This document shows positions 1-14,059 of a stretch of DNA of 64,000 nucleotides, in pieces. The translations under genes and the position numbers were made by a program. Below the pieces are notes generated by a model. The model was not told where the DNA came from. It saw only the letters and a program-made list of their open reading frames with translations, and did not search any database. Every line of letters begins with the position of its first letter. Positions within the stretch are counted from its first letter, which is position 1. The DNA comes from the human T2T-CHM13v2.0 reference genome, Homo sapiens: NCBI RefSeq assembly GCF_009914755.1, contig NC_060925.1; one strand, 5' to 3'.

Positions 1-9
1 ATATATGGG

Positions 10-72
10 AATACATACGGCACCTAACATGGTGCCTGGCACACACAGTAAGCATAGTAAATAGAGGTAATT
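10..72 (+). mobile_element. MIR (or L2) 3' end relic
   Basis: gtgcctggcacacagtaagc...taaat matches the 3' terminus shared by MIR and L2. Confidence 0.5.
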
Positions 73-380
73 TGCTGGCTGACTGTCCATACATGCTCAT
101 AGTCAGGAGCACCCATTTTGGTGCCTGCTTAGCTCAGTGTCTCATGTGCTTGCTTCATCTTCTTTATTTTCATCATCAAACACTCAGGGAGCTCATATTG
201 GGTGCTGAGCACAGTTGAAGACCAGAACCTCTCCTAAGAACCAAATGCTTATGGAGCTGGTAATGTGCTGAAGAACTTAAGAGGAGAATTGCACCATCCT
301 GGTTGGGGTGTGCTGGGAACATGTGATAGAAGACAATAATGGCCAGTGTTTACATGACATTTTTTTTTCTTGAGGTTTTA

Positions 381-2630
381 ATTTTTTAAAATTATTAAAA
401 AAATTTTTTATGTGTACATAATAGGTATATATATTTATAGTGTACATGCAATGTTTTATTACAGGCCTATAATGCAAAATAAGCACATCAAGGTGAATGG
501 GGTATTCATCCCCTCAAGCATTTATCTTTTGAGTTACAAATAATTCAATTATATGCTTTAAGTTATTTTAAAATATATAATTTATTATTGACTACAGTCA
601 TCCTATGTGCTATCAAATAGTAGCTGTTATTAATTCTTTTCAGTTTTTTGTACCCATTAACTATCCTTACCTTCCTCTCAACCCCCGACTACCCTTCCCA
701 ATCTCTGATAACCATCCTTCTTCTCTCCATGACTGTGAGTTCAATTGATTTGATTTTTAGATCCACAAATAAGTGAGAACATGTGATGTTTGTCTCTCCG
801 TGCCTGGCTTATTTCATTAAACATAAATTATTTCCACTTCTATCCATGTTGTTGCAAATGACTGGATCCCATTCTTTTTTATGACTGAATAGTACTCCAT
901 TGTGTGTAAGTACCACATTTTCTTAATACATTCTTCTGTTGATGGACACTTTGGTTGATTCCAAATCTTAGCTTTTGTAAATGGTGCTGCAACAAACATA
1001 GGAGTGCAGATATCTCTTCAACGTACCGATTTCCTCTCTTTTGGGTATATACCTAGCAGTGGGATTGCAGGATCATATGGTAGCTCAATTTTTAGTTTTT
1101 TGGGGAACCTCTAAACTGTTTTCCATAGTGCTTGTACTAATTTACATTCCCACCAACAGTGTTCGAGGGTTCCCTTTCTCCACATCCTTGCCAGCATTTG
1201 TTATTGCCTGTCATTGGATAAAAGCCATTTTAACTGGGGTGAGATAATATTTCATTGTAGTTCTGATTTGCATTTCTCTGATGATCAGTGATGCTGATCA
1301 CCTTTTTATATGCCTGTTTGCCATTTGTGTGTCTTTTTTTTGAGAAATGTCTATTCAAATTTTTGTCCATTTTTCAATCCGATTATCAGATTTTTTCCTA
1401 TAGAGTTGTTTGAGCTCCTTATATATTCTAGTTATTAATACGTCAGATGGATAGTTTGCAAATATTTTCTCCCATTCTGTGGATTGTCTCTTCACTTTGT
1501 TGATTGTGTTTTTTGCTGTGCAGAAGCTTTTAAGCTTGATGTGATCTCATTTCTCCATGTTAGCTTTGCTTGCCTGTGCTTGTGGAGTATTGCTCAAGAA
1601 ATCTTTGCCCAGACCAATTGTCCTGGAGAGTGTTTCCAAAGGTCTTTGTGTAGTAGTTTTATAGTTTGAGGTCTTAGGTTTAAATCTTTAATCCATTTTG
1701 ATTTGATTTTTGTATATGATGAGAGATAGGAGTCTAGTTTCATTCTTTTGCATGTGAATATCTAGTTTTCCCAGCACAATTTATTAAAGAGATTCTCTTT
1801 TCCCCAGTGTATCTTCTTGGCAGCTTTGTAAAAAATGAGTTTCCTTTAGGTGGGTGGATTTGTTTCTGGGTTCTCTATTCTGTTCCATTGGCCTATGTGT
1901 CCATTTTTATGTCAGTGCCATGCTGTTTTCTTTACTATAGCTTTGTAGTAGAATTTGAAGTCAGGAAACGTGATTCCTCCAGTTTTGTTCTTTTTGCTCA
2001 GGACAGCTTTGGCTATTCTGGGTCTCTTGTGATTCCATATAAATTTTAGGATTCCTTTTCTATTTCTGTGAAGAATGTCATCAGTATTTTGATAGGGATT
2101 GCATTGAATCTATAGATTGCTTTAGGTAGTATGGACATTTTAACAATATTGATTCTTCCAGTTCATGAATGTTAAATATTTTTCCAATTCTTGGTGTTCT
2201 CTTCAATTTTTTTCATCTGTGTTTTATAGTTTTCATTACAGAGATATTTCACTTCTTTGGTTAAGTTAATTCCCAGGTATTTAATTTTATGCATGGCTAT
2301 TGTAGATGGGATTACTTTTTAAATTTCATTTTCACATTGTTCACTGTTGGCAAATAGAAATGCTACTGATTTTTATATGTTGATTTTGTATCTTGCAACT
2401 TTACTGAATTTGTTTTTCAGTTCTAATAGTTTTCTTGTGGAATCTTTAGGTTTTTCCAACTATAAGATCATATCATCAGCAAACAAGGATAATTTGACTT
2501 CTTCCTTTCCAATTTGGATGACTTTTATATCTTCTTTTGTCTGATTACCGTAGCTAGGACTTCCAGTAATATGTTGAAAAACAGTTGTGACAGTAGGCAT
2601 TCTTCTCATGTTCTAGATCTTAGAGGAAGG
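381..2630 (-). mobile_element. LINE-1, L1MA (L1MA2/3-like), 5'-truncated, about 2.25 kb
   Basis: T-rich tail on the left, L1MA-type 3'UTR (gaatggggtattcatcccctcaagcatttatc), ORF2 C-terminal peptide at 817-999 ([10 protein letters not shown]...KKMWY...MEYYS); homology stops in the RT region near 2630. Confidence 0.9.
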
Positions 2631-2659
2631 CATTTTCTATTGCCAAGTATAGTATGCCT

Positions 2660-2790
2660 GCACATTTTACATATGAGTAAACTGAGGCACAGATATGCAG
2701 AATAACTTACCTAATATCCCTTAAGCTTATAAGAGAGAGCCAGGATCTAAATATAGGCAGACAATTTCTGGGTCTCTGTGCTTATAAGCT
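2660..2790 (-). mobile_element. MIR
   Basis: cattttacatatgagtaaactgaggcacaga MIR core. Confidence 0.75.
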
Positions 2791-2819
2791 GGCTTTGAAT
2801 GATGTAATGACAACAACAA

Positions 2820-3085
2820 CATTAGTAGCAATAACTATTGTTTTTAAGTAATTACTATGTGCCAGGTAATTCACTTTAGTACATTATTGTATTTATTCCT
2901 CACAATAACCTTAGGGAGCAGGGTTATGTCACTTGCTTTAAAGGTGAAGAAACAAAAACTTAGAGTTGTCATTTAAGAAATGATGATGAATCTTGTCCAA
3001 GAACTTGCAATTAGTGAGTAGCAATTCCAGGATTCAAACTTAGGTTGAACTGGCTCCAAAGTGAAGTAAACATTCTTTCCACTGC
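2820..3085 (-). mobile_element. MIR
   Basis: tactatgtgccagg...cctcacaataacc...ccaggattcaaac. Confidence 0.75.
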
Positions 3086-3202
3086 TAACTTTGTCTCACG
3101 TAAACAAGTGAAATGAGGATGGAGACCTCTCCAAGTAGTTGTGATGACTGGGCTGTGCATGGCATTTGAGGGATCACTAAGGACCATAGTTTGGCTGGAG
3201 GA

Positions 3203-3244
3203 GTATGTGTGTACATGTGTGTGTGTATATGTGTGTGTGTGTAT
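3203..3244. repeat. (TG/TA)n microsatellite
   Basis: direct. Confidence 0.85.
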
Positions 3245-3487
3245 AGTGGGATGATGGAACATAAAGCTTGAGAGATGCCACGGACAGCTAAAACAAGACT
3301 CAATTATTGAAATCCTCTAATAATCAAAGGCCCTTCCCACATAGGAAAGTGAGTGTTTTCAGATAAAAAATGATTTATCAGTGCCACTCTGATTCTAAGA
3401 TGTTAATTCTGACAGCTGTCCTAGGGTTGCCCCAAATCTCCTTAAATTTTCTTCCTTGCTCCTTTTCTTCAGCTTGATCTAAGAGCT

Positions 3488-3586
3488 GGGTTACCAGACC
3501 TCACAAATAAAAACACAACACCAACTAAATTTGAATTTCAGACAAACAAAAACTAATTTTTTAGTATAAGTGTGTCCCACGTAATT
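3488..3586 (+). mobile_element. MER53 hAT MITE, left arm
   Basis: gggttaccaga...aaataaaaac...taaatttgaatttcagacaaacaa...ttttttagtataagtgtgtccca matches the MER53 half-palindrome. Confidence 0.75.
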
Positions 3587-4712
3587 CGATAGATGCAACC
3601 ATATCTGAGAAGCCTGTAGACAGGCATGTTTCCCAGCCATGGAGCCTCATCGGAGGCTAGCACCCAGCCCTGGTGATAGCTTAATAAGCTGCATCTACAT
3701 ATTTTAGGGAAGGTTCTCCCATAAATGGTGCCATATGTCCTATCCTATGCGTGGCCTCCCAGAAAAAGTCTGGCCAACCAGGCTTTACCTGCCCTAAATT
3801 TAGAATTCCACATCTGGCAACCACTTAGGAAAAGGGATACAGAATAAAAACTGGCTTTGATGATATTATGCCAACAATTGTCAGTAGATCAGCTGCCTTG
3901 TAATGCAGCATGTGTTCCTCATTTGGCTTTGTTAGCTACCAGGAGGTCTTTTTGCAAATAAGGCATCATTACATTCACTGCTACCACTTTTGAAACCTTT
4001 CTTTGGTTGATCTCCATTCCCCACCCCCGTCTGAACATGGCACACCACCTTTGATGAGGGCATGCTGCCAGCAGAGCAGATGGCTGTGAACCTTGGCATG
4101 CCAGGAAGCCATTAGGTTCATCAGTATGAGCAACAGGGGGTAAGTTTCTATCTGCAAATGTAAAATTAACAGCCCTTGCAGGGCAAAGGGCAGAAGCCCT
4201 CTTGATCCAAGGGGGCTGACTTTTCAGTCTCATATATGGTCTCTGCAGAGCTGCAAGTTTAGAGCAAGGCATGAAGGAGTGGCCTCAGGAGAGACCTAGC
4301 CCGAGAGGAACGGGCTGCTGAAATTGACAAAAGGCTTCATTTCTACTTGGCTAGAGGACTGTGAGGGCCAGGGCTGCTTGTGGGTGACAGCAAGTGAATT
4401 CACCAGCAGCCAGCTTTCCATTTCTGTTGAGTAATCTCCTGTAGAGAAGCAGCAAGCCTGCCAAGGACAGACTGTGTTCTAGTTTACACCAGAGACCATA
4501 GTGTCCCCCTAAACCTGAATTCTTTGGCATTTACTTATCCAGCAGACACAGGTAAAATGAAAACAGCTTTCCTTAAACCGGGGATGACAATTGAAGAAGG
4601 CATTATGGAAAGGATAAAAATTTGTTGGAAAAATATATAGGTTTTCACTTTGTTTTCTTTTAATCTTTTTTTTTTGCTTAAAATGCTTGATCATTAGAAA
4701 AACTTCACATAC

Positions 4713-5018
<306 letters not shown>

Positions 5019-5489
5019 CTACAGAAATACACAAGAAAAATGGATGTCTCTTCTAACCCATGTACCTAAAAGATACTTACATTAATGATTTGTTATATAT
5101 TTGTGTGTGTTATATATGTGTGATATTTTTCTTGAATATCAGGTGTCCACTTTGAAATCATAGTTTTCTTTAGATCAAGAAACCTATTTTTTCCTCTTTA
5201 TTAAAATATTCTCATCAAGGTAGAAGTCAATAAAAATATCTTTAGCTGATGAGAATCAACCTGCCAGACATGAATCTTTTGTTTACTCCTAAATTCAGTG
5301 AAATTGCTGGACTCTCTTATTTTCAGTTTTAATGGTCATATTATCAATTTCATGCCAGCCAGTGTAAAATGATTTCCTATTTAGAAATGTTGTGGTTGAT
5401 ATTTCATTATATTTTCTTTTTTAAAATGGTTCCTCAAATCCTCTTCCTATGCTGGTCTCTTAAGCCATTGATGTTGCTCAGATTTTCTC

Positions 5490-5790
5490 TTGTTGGCCCG
5501 TTGCTCTGGTACTGACCTCTTTTCTGACTTCTGACCTATTTATTCAAATGTATGCTAGATATAAGTACTTGGATGTTTTGCATATTTCCCAAACTCTGTT
5601 TATCCCCTTGTCTGAGTCTCAATCAATTAATATTAAATATACTACCACACATCAGATCATCCGTGTCAGAAATATGATCTTCCTCACTCTCTCTCTTTTC
5701 ATAGCTCTTCATACCACATTCAATCCATCATCAAGACCAAGAGGTTTTATTACCCAAATATTTCTCAAATCTTTACTTTCAAAGACATCC
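5490..5790 (+). mobile_element. L2 fragment
   Basis: acttggatg...cacattcaatccatcatcaag...caaatatttctcaaatc resembles the L2 3' region. Confidence 0.6.
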
Positions 5791-6028
5791 TACTTTTCAA
5801 AGACTATCTAAATTCATTCCCTGAAAATAGACCTGTTACATTCTGCCAAAATGCAATTTCAGTAAAAACACTTTGCCACAGACAACTGAAGTAATGCCGT
5901 CCAAGTACCAAGCTCTCTGTGACCCGGCTTAACCCAGTAGTAGAACTCAAAGATCTAAGAGGAATGTATTGACTCTCTCCCTGAGGAAATTCTCCAAAAG
6001 CTATTTCTTTAAGCTGAAAATTTGATAA

Positions 6029-6393
<365 letters not shown>

Positions 6394-8136
6394 ATGTCTA
6401 CCTTAACAGACAATTAAGCAAAGATAAGTTTGATATTCCGTTGTGGAATTTGAGCAAGGAAGGCTGCCTGGAGAGAAGGGCTTATCTCTGCTTTAAAATG
6501 AGCCAAGTGAGTATCTGTAGATAGGTCCAGAGTTCAACTCAGAAAAACAGTTATGAATCTGTTCTAATGTCAACACAAATGTGTGATTGAGGGCCCGAAG
6601 TGTTATTCCATAGAATAAGGCTAGCCTGGGGAAATGTTAAAATAGATTTAACTTGATATCTGACTTTACCTTTAGAAAAAAACCACAAACGTCAAACACT
6701 GTAAGCATGCTCACCTTTAGCAATCCTGAATCCTGGTCTGTCATAACCTCCAAGATAAACAATGGTGAAATGTGTACCAATGTCAGTGATCAAGGCTACT
6801 TGTTGCTTGAGATCTTGATTTATAAACCAGGTAAGATCTAGGCCAGTGATACTAAATACAATAGATCTAGATTTAGAATAGACATTTTGTAGCCATACTT
6901 TCTGGCAAAACTAACAACCAGTACCAGTTGCTCTAAGGCATCAGGTAAATATTAAAAATTTGCTTGTTTTTCTTTTCTCTAAAAACCAGCATGCAGTGAT
7001 GATAGTGGGAGTCTTCATTTATTCTAAGTATGCTATATTTCATTTTTACCATCTAAAAAACAAGTATTAGAAAAGAACACTGATATTTTCAGTGGTTGTC
7101 AAAGTATTGGGAAATGTACTGATGATATGCTATCATGAAAACAGGTTTTTGAAAAAAACCAATGATGAGCGCCATCTAGTCCTAATTATCCTCCAGAGAG
7201 TTCTATATTTGGTTTGGAGGAATGTTTGGTCTTAAAAATTACATGAGCTGGAATGGTAATCCTGGAATGGGATGGCGGGAGGGGCGGGGTGGGAAGGGAT
7301 GGTGGTGAACAGTCATGCTTGAAGAAAATAAACCTGCTGACTGTGTGTTGCTCATCGTCAGCTGAAAATCCTGCAGTCAGCTGAGAACTGTCCAGTCTTC
7401 TTTCTGCATCTTTTTATACTCTTTGGATTTCTAAAATTTAACAGTAGCTTTAAAGGTGAGTGAGAGGCCCAGGTCTGGTAACACTCATTGTCTAAGTAAT
7501 CTGAAACATGGGATCAGGAAGATCAAGAGTGATGGTTCCTTTTGGGAAAACTGAGTCAGTGTTCAGCATCCAAGTTATTCCTGGACATTTCCAACCTAGG
7601 AAGCCACCCAGTCTCTTTGGCATTTGGTATTAGTTGGTGGCTGGCCTAAGGAGAGATACTTAACGTATTTATCTTTTTACGCTTCACAATATTATTAGAC
7701 ACAGAGCTGATGTTCTATAAACTTTTGGACAATGGATAGTGGAGATCAGGGCATGCTCTTGGAAGGTGAAACAGTGACATAGCTTTGCAATCAGCACCAG
7801 GGAGGAAGTCATTTATGAACAGATGGGCTCTATTGCCTCTATGACAAGAAACATGCAAGTTAGTCTAAAAATCAACTACTTATTTATAATTAGAAAGCTA
7901 ACCAAGATATACTCAATTTACTTTAGATTGGCGATGTAGTCAAATTTTACCAAGGTCTATCCATGGGATCAAACAGGACACGGTATCTTGGGTTGGCCAG
8001 AAGTCCTTAAATAGTGAGGCTGGCCTGTTATTCCCTTTTTCATGGCTCCAAAGAGAGTAGGGAAAACACTGAACTGTCCAAAATCAAAGTAAAATTTTGC
8101 AATATTAAATCTCATCACATCAGCTTCTTTAATGTG

Positions 8137-8495
8137 TGATATGGTTTGGGTTTGTGTTCCCGCCCAAATCTCATGTCAAATTGTAATCCCTAATGTTGGA
8201 GGAAGGGCCTGATGAGAGGTGATTAGATCATGTGGGTGGATTTCCCCCTTGCTGTTCTCATGATAGTGCGTGAGTTATCGCGGGATATGGTTGTTTAAAA
8301 TTGTGTAGCACCTTGCCCTTTGCTCTCTCTTCCGTGCTTCCCCTTTGCCTTCTGCCATGATTATAAGTTTCCTGAGGATTTCCCAGCCATGCTCCCTGTA
8401 GAGCCTGCAGAACTGTGAGCCAATTAAACCTCTTTTCTTTATAAATTACCCAGTTTCAGGTATTTTTTATAGTAGCGTGAGAACAGACTAATACA
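8137..8495 (+). mobile_element. MSTA-like MaLR solo LTR
   Basis: tgatatggtttgg...cagactaataca termini, attaaa poly(A) signal, perfect 5-bp TSD atgtg (8132-8136 / 8496-8500). Confidence 0.92.
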
Positions 8496-9679
8496 ATGTG
8501 GAAATATAATTTTCACTAATTTTTCAGCTGGACAACTTTCCTTATTTATTGAACCTGTAAATAAACTTAATGTTGACACATTGAGTTTTTTCATGCATTT
8601 GACAAAAGAGATGGAGATCTAACTGGACCTAACTTCATTAGTGAAATTGGAAGAAACCTGAAACTGTGACATAGAACAGGAAATGGGGGGGGGGAATTCT
8701 CAAACATTTCAGAGTCATAAAGAGAGATATGAGGTATTGCTTTCATTACGCAGGGAAGCAATAAAGTGATGCTGCAGTGGAACAGTGTGTTTTGACAGCC
8801 TCAACATAGTTAAGTGGACTCAATCCATCTCATACATCCCAGTATAACTTTCCTTTTGTTCTTTCAGATCAGAACTGCCTTTTCTTAAGCCTTGGTATTT
8901 CAGGTGGTAAAATGTGAAATGGATTTTTGAAGGCAAAATGTTTATTTGGTTTATCACTTGTTTATGTCCTTGAATTTTCTTGTAAGAGCAGAGTCTGAAT
9001 ACATGTAAACCACCAGGTGGTTTTCTGGCTTGGAAGAATGCAGAAAATGAATCTTTTATTTATTACATCATAAGAGTTCTCTGTATTTGGTATGAGTAAT
9101 CATTGCAGCCAGTGCCCACTAGCCTTTTATTAAAAGTATAACTTTAAAAGAAGACTTTTCTTTTTTATTTCTTCTTTAATATTTGCTTTAGTCTTTGGAC
9201 TAAAGAATCCTTGCCAATGGTCATTGACCCATTCGTAATAAGACTTAATAGAGTTTAAAGGCTTATCAAGAGCCTGGTCATCAAACATGCAATAATAACA
9301 ATGCCATGTCCAGCACTGTTTTGGTGCAGAGTCATTGCTCAGCAATTGTTTGTAGGATAAAAAATACACCTTAATTCTATGAGGCTCAATCTAAGAGGTG
9401 ATTATAATGATGTTTTCTGGGGTTGCTTTTGAGTTTAATGCTTTAAAAATTATGCATATTTTATATAAAGAAAATAGTGTGTGCAAAATTCTTTCCTAGG
9501 GAATGTCCCTGTCTCCTCTACAATGAGAGGAGAGCAAAACTGGAGCAGGTTTTAGCTTCAGCCAGAAAAAAAATTGGTTAGAGGCAATAAAGAAGCTCCC
9601 AGTGAAGTTTATTAAATCCTGGACTAAGCAACTGGTGACGGTGGTATTGCTGGTGAATCTCCTATAAAGAAAAGATCTT

Positions 9680-9931
<252 letters not shown>

Positions 9932-10849
9932 TCACCAAAATTTCCTTCTTTGGGATGGTATAAATCAGATCTTGATCTTGATTGCAGGCAGGGATGAAAA
10001 TAGATGGCTGTGAAGACCACCTGTCCCTTCCTAAAATGACATTTGTTCACTTCATTCTGGAAACCCCAGGCCTTTGGAGAAGTGTCAGTGCCAGGTCCCT
10101 GTGTTGGATGTGGAGGCAGAGCCCGCAGGTCATCTTTACTCCACTCTGTGATAGCTCTCATCCCTGGACATTCACCCTTTCTCAGGCAGCCCACCATTCT
10201 CACTCTTCTGTCCCTGAGTTCTCAGGGGAAGGCATGTTTCCTGTTGCCAGTATGTTGCTGCTTAAAGATTTTCCAGGATTTAAGTGTAATCCCCAAGGTG
10301 TTGTTAAACACACAGCACTAAGTGCAACACTGGAGGGAGGCAGTGGAATTTAAGTTTCCTCTGAGATGATCACTTTTATTAAAGGAGCTCTCTCACCCAA
10401 GGAAAGAAAAAGAGCGACAGTAAAGTACCAACTGTGGTTAAATAAGAGGTACCCGTATGGACTGCTTGCCAAGAATAGCTATAGAAATATCAGGAAATAA
10501 TTTTGGGCACAAGAGGAACAGGCCAAATAATTAAAAGCACAGATTTGTGATGCCACATTTATTAGGATTCTTTGGGGCCCTTATTCTGTAGAACTCTTGG
10601 TTTGAAATCTGTACATGTTACATCATTTCAGGAACATGGAGGAGCTAACATGTAGATTAAAATGCCTGATACGTTGTTAGGCATTATAACAAGGAATAAT
10701 ATGTAGGGACTGGGGTGAAATGGCAGAGTTATGGGAGCAATGTATGGAGAGGAGTTCATATTTCATTAAAATAAGTTTCTAGATGTTTGAGGTGGATGGA
10801 GTGAGCCTCCAAATGATCCTAGCTGGGATGAGAACTCAAATATAAAGAT

Positions 10850-11170
10850 AGACAAAAAACTTAAGATTCTTTGAATTGAAGGATGAGGAGTTCCAATAGA
10901 AGTGACATGAACTCATCAAAAAATCTTGGAAAAGCAGGACTAGTAGACACCCTCCTTCAAATGGAGATGAAGCAAGTTGCAGTAACATCAAAAGTTAATG
11001 TTAAGCATTGAGTTTCCAATTCCAGGGAGCGATAATAGAGATAACTTCTTAAAGAGGTATAGATAAATTCATGGTTGGTAGGTTCATGAAAACTATTTAA
11101 AGGAAATATTGATGTCTGTGATTAGTCATAAACCTTTTGATTGATATCAGGGAGGACGGTCTTTGTCTGT
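10850..11170 (+). mobile_element. CR1/L3-like ancient LINE 3' relic
   Basis: aagaggtatagataaattcatggttggtaggttcat resembles the L3b/CR1_Mam 3' end. Confidence 0.4.
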
Positions 11171-11512
11171 CTGAACCATACACTTATTGCCATAGTTGTA
11201 GGCTTTTTAAAAAAATTCATAATAGTTTTCTTTTCACTTTGGCTGATGAACTCTTAAATTAGGCTTTACAACCCATCTCAGATTGCCTTTGCAAAACTAT
11301 CTGGCCTCCTTATTTCCTGAATAGTTGTCCACTCTTCCTTTTCTCTGCTGCCTTGTCATGTACAGCTCTCTATGATGGTATGCATACTGCAGTCTGATTG
11401 TTTGTTTACTTCTTGCCTCACTCTCTTGCTTGACTGTGGGGCCCCATCTGCCATCGGTGTTGAGCATGTTCTAAAAAGGAAGTCCAGTTTTCAAGCTAAG
11501 TGGCTAAAAATC

Positions 11513-11798
11513 TTTTTTTTGAGACAGAGTCTTGCCCTATTGCCCAGGCTGGAGTGCAATGGCACAATCTCGGCTCACTGCAACCCCTGCTTCCTGGGTT
11601 CAAGTGATTCTCCTTTCATAGCCTCCTGAATAGCTGGGATTACAGGCATGTACCACCACGCCTGGCTAATTTTTTGTGTCTTTAGTAGAGATGGGCTTTC
11701 ACCATGTTGGCCAGGCTGGTCTTGAACTGACCTCGTGATCCACCTGCCTCGGCCTCCCAAAGTGCTGGGATTTCAGGGGTGAGCCACTGCGCCTGGCC
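11513..11798 (-). mobile_element. AluS (Sg-like)
   Basis: Complete reverse Alu; gacctcgtgatcc with ggccaggctgg. Confidence 0.95.
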
Positions 11799-12049
11799 AA
11801 AATTCTCTTTTAAAATTCAGTTTTCCAGCCATTTTTGATCCAATGCAGTGCTTATATTTTCTGTTGAGTGAAATAATTATCTAAGGCAATCAGTTTGTTT
11901 TTACTGTTTTTTAAAGAAAAAAACAATACCTCAATGATTTATTTAGGGTTTCTGCAAAATATTCCAAATGATTGCTCAGATTGTCCCCTTCTCCCTATAT
12001 CCTTTAAAAATATTCCTTCAGAATCCAGGAATTTTGAATTATGTCACCC

Positions 12050-12460
12050 TCTTTTCCTAAACTCTAGGTGCTTCCCATTATCAGTAAAGTCAAACTCTTC
12101 AGCAAGACACTCACAACTCCCCTGATGTGGCACCCACTAACTTCATGCCTTCTTTGCCACCACATCCCCTGGTGTCACTGTTCCAGGCATGTCAAATCAC
12201 TGAGTCCCTTTTTGTTCTCTTGCCTTTCTTATTTCATTATCATCTGCCTGGGCTTTCTTCCTCCATCTTCCCTTATAGCTAAGTGCAAGTGTTATCTCAT
12301 CTGTCCCCCATATCCATCCACTCTTAAGGTGATTGTATCTCTAGTTAGCATTTATTTTAAAAATGCTTATATGTCTTCTTGTCCACCAGACTAAGTTCAT
12401 TGAGCCTTTGAAATCCCTAGCACAGTGCCTGGCACCAAGTTGATGTACAATACATTGATG
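12050..12460 (+). mobile_element. L2 3' fragment
   Basis: Ends in cctagcacagtgcctggcac...caatacat. Confidence 0.55.
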
Positions 12461-12984
12461 GTCTTTGATCGATTGGCTCTAAGGCAGTCTTCAAAGATGT
12501 ATGACCAAATTCCAAATACTGAGAAGAAGAGGTTAACAATATTAGGTTGTAAACAGACTGAATATCTTCCTATTTCATTTCCCTGCAAGAGTGAAGGTGA
12601 AACAGATGGAAATGTCTGTATTTAAAGGATGTTTCCATAAATTATTCTGTGTAAAAGACACCTAGGAGCCCACTCAGTCATGAAAACTCAGGCCATTCTG
12701 CCTTTGTTTTCATTGATTTTTCAGTTATCCTGTCACAGCCAGGCACAAAATAATGCTAACTAGATGAGGCTTATCTAAGGACACCTTATTAAGAAACTAA
12801 AAAAGGACCTTAGAATGTGTAAAGGCAATGCAGAAGCCTTAGGAAGGGGAGAGAAAACGTATTAAGTGTTTTTCAGAAGAGGTAGCTGAAACAGTCCTGA
12901 AGCACCTGAGAAAAAGTTATAGAGCATTATTTATCTTCCAAGATGGCACAGCATCTTGAATCTGCCTTCCACTATCAATATTAA

Positions 12985-13330
12985 AGTTACTCTTTCAGTA
13001 AGGAGGTCCTTAGTACCTCTTGTGTGTCAGTACCCTGGCAGGGGCTGGGGAAATCAACACCATCTCTGTCTCCAGGGCACTTGCAGTCTGAGGAGGCAGG
13101 TGTGTGGTTATCACACAGTAGGATGAGTTCAGTGATAAGAGAGAGGCAAAGAGCAAAAGGGGCCGTGCACACCTCTGACTGGGTGGGTCTGAGAAGGATT
13201 CATACAGACACTTGATTTAATCTTGGTAGATGAGTAGGTGTTCACTGAGTTTACCTGTGGAAGGCATTCCCAGTGAAGGAAACAGCCCATGCAAAGGCAT
13301 CGTAGAATGAAACCTCAGGTGATGTAGAGA
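12985..13330 (-). mobile_element. L2 3' fragment
   Basis: tagtacctcttgtgtgtcag...ctccagggcacttgcagtct...gaaggcattcccagtgaaggaaacagcccatgcaaaggc. Confidence 0.65.
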
Positions 13331-14059
13331 GAAAGCTTCAGGTTACCTCATTTTCCAGTGCATAAACGTTGTGATGTAAGCCCTTCCCCTGGGGGTTGCT
13401 GCAACTGGAGTATGACTATGGATCTAAGTGTGGCTTACCCTTATGTCTTTGGAAGCACTGAACTGCTTTGCTTCCCTTTTTTTTTTTTTTTTTTTTCTGG
13501 AGGAGTCACCTACTCCTAATCAAGATTAGAACTTTCTTAGATGTTCCCATTCTTACTAACTAGCATTCTTATTAGCAGAAGTGAACAGATAGGGCTTGGG
13601 CTGACAAATGGAGGGGCTGACTTGCTTGTTGAGAATCTTCTCTAATGTTTCCTGAGCAAACCCAGCCAGTGGGCAGTGGCAGGGGATGCTGCAGCTGTGT
13701 GTGGTTTGTCTACTTGAGACCCATTCTGGCCCTGTTTAAGGAAGTTCTGTTAATTGCTTCAGTTCCCCAGGTGCTCTATCCAGTTCAATAGCTCTGCAGC
13801 CTTGGGGGATATCCTGGGGAGCTTCTGATCAGTGGCAGTGGCTGGGATCTTTGAACCTGCTGTTCAGCTGTAACTTTGGCAAAATATAGACCGTTTGAGC
13901 AGGGAGAGTTGGCATGTAGAATTAGAATTTTCCACTGGAATAGTCCAAACAGAGGTAGGCAAGAGAGAGAAGAGAGAAAAAGGGCTGGACTCTTAAAAAT
14001 TAGTGCACTGCCTCATTGCTGTGTCTCATTTTCTCTTTTCTCCCAAATATGCCTTCCCT

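Noticed and set aside
3919-4272. 117-aa ORF in unique DNA (similarly 9829-10353, 15396-15740, 43528-43845, 55028-55348)
   Set aside because: No recognisable domain or convincing splice context; lengths are within chance expectation
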